A stretch of DNA of 64,000 nucleotides from Hydrolagus colliei (taxonomy: Eukaryota), in the NCBI GenBank assembly GCA_035084275.1, contig CM068769.1, positions 1,550,001-1,614,000 of the forward strand, in the 5' to 3' direction. Positions 13,316-22,527 of this stretch are shown piece after piece (position 1 is the first letter of the stretch; every line of letters starts with the position of its first letter). The notes beneath the pieces are model-generated. The model saw nothing but the letters and a program-made list of their open reading frames with translations. It made no database searches and had not been told where the DNA came from. The position numbers were made by a program, and so were the translations under genes.

Positions 13316-13584
13316 CCCGTGTTTGCTCCCGTGTTTGCTCCCGTGATTCCTCCCGTGTTTCTTTCCGTGTTTCTTTCCGTGTGTCTTTCCTTGTTTCTTT
13401 CCTTGTTTCTTTCCTTGTTTCTTTCCTTGTTTCTTTCCTTGTTTCTTTCCTTGTTTCTTTCCTTGTTTCTTTCCTTGTTTCTTTCTTTCTTTCTTTCTTT
13501 CGTTCTTTCGTTCTTTCTTTCGTTCTTTCGTTCTTTCGGTCTTTCGTTCTTTCTTTTTATCTTTCGTTCTTTCTTTTTATCTTT
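13316..13584. repeat. Graded 12-bp/4-bp pyrimidine-rich micro/minisatellite abutting Cys23 of the supporting V
   Basis: Units drift from CCCGTGTTTGCT to TCCTTGTTTCTT to (CTTT)/(CGTT) before running into the gap. Confidence 0.9.
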
Positions 13585-13911
13585 NNNNNNNNNNNNNNNN
13601 NNNNNNNNNNNNNNNNNNNNNNNNNNNNNNNNNNNNNNNNNNNNNNNNNNNNNNNNNNNNNNNNNNNNNNNNNNNNNNNNNNNNNNNNNNNNNNNNNNNN
13701 NNNNNNNNNNNNNNNNNNNNNNNNNNNNNNNNNNNNCNNNNNNNNNNNNNNNNNNNNNNNNNNNNNNNNNNNNNNNNNNNNNNNNNNNNNNNNNNNNNNN
13801 NNNNNNNNNNNNNNNNNNNNNNNNNNNNNNNNNNNNNNNNNNNNNNNNNNNNNNNNNNNNNNNNNNNNNNNNNNNNNNNNNNNNNNNNNNNNNNNNNNNN
13901 NNNNNNNNNNN
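13585..13911. other. Assembly gap (N run)
   Basis: N characters, with one isolated c. Confidence 1.
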
Positions 13912-14576
13912 TCCAATCTATCACTCCCACTTTCCCCTTCATCTCTCTCTAATTTACCTTAGATGCTTCCTACACGTGTACTTGCTTACATTTTGGCAAA
14001 ATACCGTGTTTTCGTATGAATGAATAGTTAGTTGCTTGTTTCCGTAGAATATGATATAGTTCAGTTGGAACAGTCAACTTCCATACAGAGGGGAAATTGG
14101 TGAACATTTCAAGTTATCGACCTCGCTTCAGACAAGCCTTGGTTTGAATAGAACAATTTAAAGCATGTTTCATAATGGAGACATTTCATTGAGAGTTGAA
14201 TTCTCGATGGAATCGAGGCAGGGAGTGTATATAATATGCCACTGGAACTCACATATCCTGTGTCAATCATTTGTCTGAATTTACAGTTAAATTATGTGTC
14301 TCGGCATATTCCTTTGTAAACCATCTCCAGAAAAAGTGCAATGGCATAAAACCAAAAATGGAGTAGATGTAGTTCATCAAAGGAAAAAGCCTCTTAGCGG
14401 GAACTGTCTATTCTTTTAAAGTCACAAGCATATCTTTTATTTTTCAAAATAAGGTTAAGGGGAATGTTGGCCTGACACATTTGAAAATAACTAGGCAATT
14501 TGTGAAAATTAAGCAGTGCATTTTAGAAATTCAAGTAACCAATGTTTCGTTTTATTTCGGTAGAATTTATTCTCAC

Positions 14577-14634
14577 TTTCTTTTTGTTACTGTGACTTTG
14601 GTTCCTGACCCATCTTATGTAAATTCCTTCCAGG
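14577..14634 (-). pseudogene. NAR-TCR-type J segment (defective)
   Basis: TGG AAG GAA TTT ACA TAA GAT GGG TCA GGA ACC AAA GTC ACA GTA ACA = WKEFT*DGSGTKVTVT. Donor GTGAGA at 14576-14571 falls in phase 2 as written. Putative RSS on the plus strand: GACAGAG (14635-41), 23 bp, GCGCAAACT (14665-73), with the CAC broken. Confidence 0.8.
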
Positions 14635-14990
14635 GACAGAGTAACACAGCTCTCGTAATACAAGGCGCAAACTATATTCTATCTGATTATGATTGAATAC
14701 TGCCACGAAGTAAAAATAAATGATAACAAGTTAGTTGTTAGTTTCTACATTTCTACCAATTTGTCATCACAATACACGCATCGTGTCCAAATTTGGTTTA
14801 ATTTCAATGTAATTTCCACCGATCACGAACAAATTGCCTCGCCCAGAAAACATATATCAATAAATAATTCTAGAATTATCTGCTTCAAATGGCTAATTCA
14901 GAAAGCAAACTTCTGACAAATACAGCGCAAGAAAACATGGCACAGCAATTAGTGTTCATGTGCAATGTAATTCCATATAAACAGCCGCAC

Positions 14991-15063
14991 GCTATTTGTG
15001 CTGATGGATTCCAATGTGGCTTTCCAAATAGACAGCACCGTATTTGCTGTCAACACAAATATA
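14991..15063 (-). other. D segment (15019-15035, CTGTCTATTTGGAAAGC) flanked by two 12-RSS
   Basis: 3' RSS on the minus strand: CACATTG, 12 bp, ACAAATAGC (15018-14991). 5' RSS read on the plus strand: CACCGTA, 12 bp, ACAAATATA (15036-15063). It sits between the NAR-like V and the J. Confidence 0.75.
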
Positions 15064-15388
15064 GTATTTTGCAAAAACAGTGTAACACTATCTGGTCAAG
15101 TACAATTTACCAATAAATAATATCACGTGTACAAATATTTTGAAGATATTCCTATTCAGATTTGATATGTCGTCTATTAGATATACATAAACTGCGATAT
15201 ATGCCAATTGCACTCACATTCAACGTCTTTTAACACTACCTACATTTTCCTAAGTGTTCACCAGTAATGCTTGTTAGTCGAAGAGAGTGCTAGTAAACAC
15301 CATTCACAACTCAACACAATGGAAAATGTGCATTGAATTCATTGATAAAGTCACATTGACTGTGTGTTGTCTTTGAAATGACGAAGAG

Positions 15389-15426
15389 GCTTTTTGTATT
15401 GTTGGAAGCCTAGATGCAGCATTGTG
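15389..15426 (-). other. 22-bp-spacer (23-class) RSS of the NAR-like V
   Basis: Minus strand CACAATG, 22 bp, ACAAAAAGC. Confidence 0.85.
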
Positions 15427-16132
15427 TTGTCCCACAGATATTGAGATGTATATATGTAGGTAGCGCTGTCTGCTACTTGCAAATCATTAATTTCCAGCGT
15501 GGATGTGTTTGTTCCCACTTTGATAACATCAAACCGTCTTTCGCGAGGGATGGACATCCAATCTCCTCCATTTGGAAACTGCCTTTGAAATGCCAAGCTA
15601 ATGGAGCTGTAGTACCCACGATTCCCTTCTGCAAAGACGCAGTTGATGGTCAAAGAATCACATTCTTCTTTGGTAATAGAAGTTAGTGTCTGTGTTAGGG
15701 TCTGACTGAAAACATCTGAAACATACACAACCTGACATCAGGTTAATACAGGCAGAACCCTGACCTATACCATTAGCAGCAAATCCTGATGCTTGGCATG
15801 AGTTGAATTGATTTCAATTAATACAATTATGATATAATTATACTATCATGTTTAATTAATAAAACACAAGCAGAACAGATGAATCGATAGCAATCGGCTG
15901 CTTCTTTTCGCCCGCAAAATAAAAAACAGTACGGTCAGTTCGTCATGCTATATACACTGTGAAGCGCTTTAAGACGTTTCATCGATGTGACAAGCCTCTG
16001 TATCAAAGCAAGCAATAATGTAAATTATTGTAAGGCATAAGGGTAACGATGGTTTTAACTCGTGCCGTGTAATTGGAACAAAAACTCACGTTGTAAGAAG
16101 TGGAAGGCGATGGAGACAGAGATGAGATGCAT
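15427..16132 (-). pseudogene. IgNAR-related V of a NAR-TCR cassette: leader exon 16132-16090, V exon 15715-15427; open frame but Cys104 lost
   Basis: Leader MHLISVSIAFHFLQ with GTGAGT donor (43 nt, phase 1); acceptor TTTCAG. V reads (H)VFSQTLTQTLTSITKEECDSLTINCVFAEGNRGYYSSISLAFQRQFPNGGDWMSIPRERRFDVIKVGTNTSTLEINDLQVADSATYIYTSQYLWD. VNAR-like features are ITKE..SLTINC, a short CDR2-less middle and LEINDL; there is an extra FR1 Cys. No canonical Trp, and YxC reads YIY. Confidence 0.88.
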
Positions 16133-18544
16133 TCTTTGCTCCCTGGACAACTGAATGACTGTGTGTAACACAGGGATGTTCTGCATCAGCTTTAGAGACT
16201 AAATTATACTTGTATAGACTCTTTCCCGTCAGGAGAATCACATTAGCGTGTGACGTGATGGCTGGTGTTAGCGGAATTGAGGGTTGGAGGAGGGCGGGGC
16301 GAGAAACGATTTAAGGAAAGTGAGTGACAAACTGTGTAAGTGAGCAGTTGGCAGAAGGGGATGATTTGGGGGTGACTGTTGAACAAAATGGGCAATTGGC
16401 GAGGGCAGTGATAGGAAAGTATGTGAAGAGACTTCCAGAGGGTAAACGGCGGCGTGATGTAGAGAGGGCATCTGTTGTGAGTTGGTAAAGACAAATTAGC
16501 AACGGCAACAACAAAATTAGATTGATCGAGCGCTCTTCACGTCGGGAAGAGGTCACAATGCGCTGTACATCGAGATCGGGACCAGAGAACTAGGGAAAAA
16601 GTATCAGTGTACTTGTTGGCGGAAGAAGAGTAGGAATGAGGGGGAGTGAGGAGGGGGAGTTGGAGAGAGTTGGGACGGGAGGGAGAGAGTCATGTGGCTT
16701 ATGAGAGAGTTGGAAGAATTGGGAGAGATATGGGAAGTGAGGGAGAGAGTTGGCAGCGGAGGCATAGAGTTTGCAAGAAGAGAGATTTGGAAATCAGGGA
16801 GAGAATTGAGACGATGAGAGAGTTGGAGGGAGAAGACGAAAGTTGGGAGCGGATGAAGAGTGTTGGGCGGGATGGGAGAGAGTTGTGAGTGGGAGGGAAA
16901 TAATTGGGAGGGGAGAGAGCAGGGATGGGAGGGAATTGAGAAGGGAGGTAGAGAATTGTAGAGCAGGGAGAGAGTAGGGCATGGAGGCAGAGAGTTGGGA
17001 GGGGAGAGGAATATATTTGGGAGGGGAGGGGGATTGTTTGCAGGGGCGCGCAAAAGAGTTGAGAGGGCAGATGATGTGTGAGGAGGTGAAACTAGGGTAA
17101 AGGCATTGTGTGTGCGTACAGTGGCTGGAGTCGTATGTGGGAGAGAGAGTAATGGAGGGCTGCAGTGGGACACAGTGAAAGAAGATTTGGCAGCTAATGG
17201 ATCAATTGAAACGTTTCAAAACTTCTCAGCTTCTGTACCAAGTTAGAGCGTTTGTAGCATAAATATTTATATTAAATATCGGCCAATCCATCTCTCTGCC
17301 TAAGTCTCTGTCTTCCAAATGGAGGGCAGGTGTGGAGAAAATTATTTACTGATTTACCTAGCTGCAATTAGGAACTCGCTTACTTGTCGTTTGTCCAGTG
17401 GCTTTGGACGGTAAAAAGCGTCTTCAAAATAAGATGAATAATTGTGTGATCGCTGATTCCACGATTGAGTGTTGGACTTCGCTGTTCATAATAGTCTGCA
17501 AATTTTGTCCACCAAACACACAACAAGAACTTATATTTATATAGCGCCCTTCAAGCCGGATGGCGTCTCAGAGCGCTTCAGAATAAAGGTATAAATCAGG
17601 GACAGCGGGAGAATGGTGACCGAATGTAACACATTCAATACTCTTGTAACCTGTCAAGCGCTTGCAGCCCTCTCGATCAAGTAATCAGCTGGTATATAAA
17701 ATGTCAGCATTAGGACTATCATGTTGTTTATCCTAACAAAGTGTAATCCACTTTGCAACTGGCATTTGTATTAAGTATGGAGATGGTGGAGGGGATGTGA
17801 GCAGCAGACGATTTTTTGTGGACATAGACGTTTGACATCATTTTTGGTTTCATGATGAAGAGTGAGGAGAATGCAGTTTGTGGCTTTGTGTGTGAAAATG
17901 GTGATATTATCGATCATTCTGGAGACAATTTATTGATGATAATCATAATAATCATTGGATGTCATATTGTGATTTATCACGTACTCGAGACGCCTCCAAG
18001 CGCTTCCCAGAATGTGCGGTAGAACGGAGTGACGTTGTGTTTGATGGTGAAACATTACGCAATGATGCACTGCAGCATCTCACAGACAGCATTATATGGA
18101 ATGATCAAGTTCTTGGATAATATATATTGATTGTATTTTTTGAGCAAATTATTAATTCATTTATATTCATTGAAATATTTATTTATTTTTGTTAAATTCT
18201 CACTTAATTATTCATAATTGTTGTTGTATTTTGGTTCACATATACTTATTATTTATTATTTCATGTATTTTTTCACGTCTGTCTTTAATTATATTTTTGT
18301 TTATTAAACATGACTTTGTTTCAGTGTTTATTCGCCTGATTCGTTTGTTCGCTTGTTTACTTTTCCAACGATAATTTCCATTGGAACATGACTCGCCAAT
18401 CGACACACACCGGGTTCCTATTTACTGTTTAGTAAAGAAAGGCACGTGTCATAAAGAAACTTTCTCTAGGTTTCGTATGGCCTGTGAACCAAAAGCAGGA
18501 CCTCTCGCCATCAAATTAGAGCATTCCACATTATTTGATAGATG

Positions 18545-18558
18545 GCGGCATCTAGTGG
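18545..18558 (-). promoter_or_regulatory. CTCF-like motif (one core mismatch)
   Basis: Minus strand CCACTAGATGCCGC compared with the core consensus CCASYAGRKGGCRS. Confidence 0.4.
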
Positions 18559-19694
18559 TGGTTCAGGAGAATGACAGCGAATGGTTTGAGTTGATTAAGG
18601 AAACATGCTAGTTGGCTTTCAGTTAACCGAGTAACCATTGAATGCGGGATAAGTCGTACAACATTAATATTAATATTGCGCTCACACCAACACTCTCCTC
18701 CACAACCACACCTTCCATATTGACTGATTCGCCGGAGCAACTCTCCGCCTCCCACGCCCTCCCATCCCGTGTCTCTCCCACGAATCCCCCCTCCCCCACA
18801 AAGCTCTCATCTCTCCATAGCTCTCGCCTCTCCACACAACTGCCACACTTCTAATAGCGCAACCCACACTTCCCCCAACCCCCCCCCCCCCCCCCCCCCA
18901 CCCTCTACACACTCTTCAATCACGCAGAGAGGTTCAAACAATGAATCTGTGGCACCAATGAAGACTCAAATTTGCTCTCCGCCGAAAGGACGGAAAATAA
19001 ACTCAAGTTGTTTTATTTGTTCTTGTCGTTAAAGGCGCAATATATCACAACCTATTTTGCTGTGAAGTAACTTAACTGTGTATGCATTGGGGAGAGTGAC
19101 AGGCAGATAGCACTGTTCAAGTGCGGATGGGTCCCAGATACTCTTGTGAATGGAACCAACCACTAGAACACAGTACACCTCTTGCAGCTTCCTTCACTAT
19201 GTAAAGTAGTCAAGGGGCGCTGGGCCATGAGGGATTTTGGATTCCAGACAAAAGTTGGCTTTTCAGTTGGGGTGGAGTGCTGGGATGGTGCGGATGGAAT
19301 GGTGACTAACTCCACGGTCAAAGGGGAGAATTATAGCATGATAATCTCATTTTTCTGGAAAATTTCACATCGGGCAGAGTTCCCAGTTTGCTGGACAGTT
19401 AGCGTTTCGCACCAGAGTTTGGGCTCGGAATCGGGAAGGTTGAATGGCAGTGGGAGTTGCAGGTTGACGAGAAGCACAATCGATATAGAGTGACTGGAGA
19501 TGGGTCTTGAAGTGGAAGAGAGAGAGGTCGAGACAAACGGACGGCAATATAGAGCTCCATGGATTGGGGTCGGAGAATCAGCCGACCATCATTGATTTCT
19601 TTAGTTTATTGGATCATTTAATCGATTCCCCGCGAGGGCTTCAGCCCTGACCAAGATTGCGCACACTTTCCAACAAGTTGTACGAAATGAAAGC

Positions 19695-20048
19695 AGTTTC
19701 TGTTCCAGCCCTGTAGTGTAATCAACCACTGTGGTGAGACTGAAGGCACGGTGATACACTGCGCACTCAGATACCAGCAGCTCAGTGATGGAAAAACTGG
19801 TGAAAGAACTAGATTCCTGCAGCTGAGCAGCGAAACGTTTTCCAAATCCTGTTCGTTTCACTAGATCGCCATCACCAGAATATATCTCCTGACTGTAAAC
19901 TCTGGGTGTTTGTCTGGGTATTGTCTGTACCAGAAGAGACAGTAATTGCTTGCAGTAGTGGTGTAGGTACACACAATATTGACAGCTTCTCCTTCTTTCG
20001 TAACCACCGTGGCAGATTTCTGACTGACATAATCAGCGTCACAGAATT
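19695..20048 (-). pseudogene. TCR alpha/delta V pseudogene, family A (V exon 20048-19734; 23-RSS 19733-19695)
   Basis: (E)FCDADYVSQK...VCTYTTTASNYCLFWYRQYPDKHPEFTVRRY, 2-nt frameshift near 19880, then SGDGDLVKRTGFGKRF...SECAVYHRAFSL (Cys104 is Arg). RSS CACAGTG, 23 bp, ACAGAAACT. No convincing leader found. Confidence 0.92.
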
Positions 20049-20459
20049 CTGGAATAAACCAGGAAAAGCACGGAGAAATATTATTCACCAAATTCAGTTT
20101 ATTTGTCAGCAGTGGAACACTAGTTAGCAATGCGTTTTACACAGCGTGTTATAGCATTGTTGAGACTCATTAATGTGTTGTCCAGAATATGCAATCAAGT
20201 GATAAACTGTAGATTTGGTCGCCAGAACATGTCAGCCAGTTTTGCACAACAATGCCTCACTAAGACTTGTGGGATGAGTTACTAAACTATTACTGAAACT
20301 TACATAAGGCATTATTACAGTCGCAATATATATCTGCCTGTCTGGTAAACAAAGGTTAAAATCGAGAAATAAATTTTATTTTGAATATCAAGGCATGGGT
20401 TCAACCCGGTGATAAATGCACTGCATTCCTACATTCAAGATCCTGAATGTAGGATCTTG

Positions 20460-21170
20460 AATGATCCTCACATTTAAAGCCCTCCACAACCTCGCACCAA
20501 CCCTGCATGTTTTACCTCCTATCCCCTTACTAACCTGAACTCCCCCTCAATCCGCTCAGCAGGCTCTGGCATGCTCCACCTACTCCAACCAAGGGACTGT
20601 TTCCTCTGGTAGGAGAATCTATAACCAGGTGTCAGTGTCTTAGAATTAAGGGTCAGCCTTTTAGAGCAGATTTGAGGAAACATTTCTTCACTTAGAGGTT
20701 AGTGAATTGATGGAAGGCTGTAGATGCTCAGTCCTTGAACATTTGCAAGGCTGAGACTGATAGATTTTTGAAAAATTGAGGGATTGGGGGAAATAGGGAT
20801 AGGGCAGTTAATCAGATTTAGGTGAGAAGATCAGCCATGATCTTATTGAATGACGGAGTAGGCTCGAGGGGTTGAATGGCTTACTCCTGCTCCTAATTCT
20901 TATGTTCTTATGTTCAAACCTATCCGCACTACCGTTGACGGCCGAATCTTCAGCCACTTTGCCCGCAAAATCTGGACCTCTGTCCTGCAGTCCTCCACGT
21001 TGCCCACGCTCCGGCCTCCTTGAAGTCTAGCCTCAAGACTCTCCACTTCGACAGCAACTGATAAGCCTCCCCTTCCAGCCCACCTCCCAGTCCTCAACAT
21101 GGGTTTGAAACTGTAACTGTCCAGCGCCTTGAGACACCCTGCTGACGGTAAAGGAGCTATAAAAGTGCAA
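20460..21170 (+). mobile_element. L2 3' fragment interrupted by a CR1 3' end of a second subfamily (~20590-20915)
   Basis: L2-like FKALHNLAP... and GRIFSHFA... pieces flank a CR1 3' UTR ending in (TTCTTATG)n. Confidence 0.7.
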
Positions 21171-21603
21171 TTTTGGTATGGTTGCTGTTGTTTGTTGCAC
21201 AGTTTCCATAATGCGGGTTAAACGGCTGTTTCATTGTGGAAGACGGTTGAGCTAAAGGTGAAGCTTTGGAGGGGTCTGCAGCACACTACTGCAAGTCTTA
21301 CTTGTTACACTATTGACTATTGGTCCATCGAAATAATAAATGGAAAGAAACATGATATTTGCAAACTGATATGAGTGAATTGCATCTGGATGTGTAGCGT
21401 TAAACTCGCTCACTAATTGCTGTCTGCGTTTATTGAACGTATAATAATGTGAGGGATTAGCTGACAAGCTGATAGAAGGGGAATGTGGTTTCCTCTGAGT
21501 CTGTCTGCTGAAGTGTCTGCTCACCGCTGGGCTTCAAAGATTATGTTTCAAACACTGACCAAGATTCCGCACACGCTTCAAACACAATGTATAAAATGAA
21601 GAC

Positions 21604-22412
21604 AGTTTTTGTACGAGCCCTGCAGTGTAGTCAACCAGAGTGGTGCGTCTAAAGGCACAGAAATACACTGCGCTGTCAGATTTCAGCAGCTCAGAGATGG
21701 ATAACCTGATGGAATAACTAGATTTCTGTAGGTGCGCAGAGAAACGGTTTTCAAATCCTGTGCCTTTGACTGGATCATTAGACCAAGATTTACACAGGAC
21801 TATAAATTCTGGGTGGTTGTCTGGGTACTGTCTGTACCAGTAGAGAAGGTAACTGCTAGCAGTCGTGGAGTATGTGCAAACCAAATCGACAATATCTCCT
21901 TCTTGCTTAATCTCGGTAGCTTTCTGGTTGACAGAATCGGCGTCACAGAGTTCTGCAATAAAGCAAGGAAATAACAGCTAAACATTCATAGAATCATAGA
22001 ATCTTATGGCACAATGGGAGGCCATTCGGGCAATCGAGTCTGTGCCGGCTGTTTGAAGAGAGCAATTCTATCCCACTCCCCAGCTCTCTCTCTCGATAAC
22101 TGTCCTCCAAAAATAAACGTCTACATCTCTTATAAAATATGCATCAGCCTCTCCCACCGTTTCAGGCAATGCATTCAAGATCACAACAACGGGATGAATG
22201 AAAAAAGGTTTCCTCAACTTCCCTCTAATTCTTTAGAAACTATTAGAGCATCTCGATTGCGGAATGATTTCTCTGTCCACTCAGCTACATGTCTCCCTCC
22301 AACAATTGTTGTTGAAATGGAGCTGACAATCAGCAGCGACACTGAATTAGCTCAAGACGACCTCACCTGCTGTAAAGGTTCCCAGCACTAGACAGAAAAC
22401 AAACAGCCTCAT
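21604..22412 (-). CDS. Intact TCR alpha/delta V segment, family A (leader 22412-22367; V exon 21952-21643; 23-RSS 21642-21604)
   Basis: MRLFVFCLVLGTFTA/ELCDADSVNQKATEIKQEGDIVDLVCTYSTTASSYLLYWYRQYPDNHPEFIVLCKSW...SISELLKSDSAVYFCAFRR. Cys23, Trp41 and Cys104 present. RSS CACTCTG, 23 bp, ACAAAAACT. Confidence 0.93.
21985..22240 (-). mobile_element. CR1 3' end inserted in the leader intron of the family-A V
   Basis: Plus strand CATAGAATCATAGAATC is the reverse complement of the CR1 tail. It is followed by the reverse-complemented ORF2 end (NALPETVGEA). Confidence 0.8.
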
Positions 22413-22441
22413 TGCTTCTTCTCAGCCTTTGCTGTTGTGTC

Positions 22442-22527
22442 AGTGACATCAGTTTGCTGGGAACCAACCACAATATTCGTCATTGGCAGATCCCACAGTC
22501 CCACGTCACCTCATTGACATCTCACAC
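22442..22527. promoter_or_regulatory. V promoter with TCR decamer (AGTGACATCA, 22442-22451) and paired CRE-like module (22502-22527)
   Basis: Exact match to the TCR V-beta decamer AGTGAYRTCA 30 bp upstream of the ATG. CACGTCACCTCATTGACATCTCACAC recurs upstream of the paralogous pseudogene at 37889-37914. Confidence 0.7.

Noticed and set aside
13912-13975. Minus-strand GAT GAA GGG GAA AGT (DEGES) that could be the missing FR1 of the supporting V
   Set aside because: GA-rich, contains a stop and is too short from the candidate acceptor; it cannot be linked across the gap, so it is left unresolved.
17171-17209. Perfect CACAGTG heptamer (others at ~4418, ~25692, ~33971)
   Set aside because: No nonamer at 12/23 spacing; they lie in L2-derived, simple or decayed-V sequence.
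20304-20345. Leader-like stretch with GTAAGT donor upstream of the 19.7-kb pseudogene
   Set aside because: No in-frame ATG, it does not resemble the family-A leader, and the family-A promoter module is absent.
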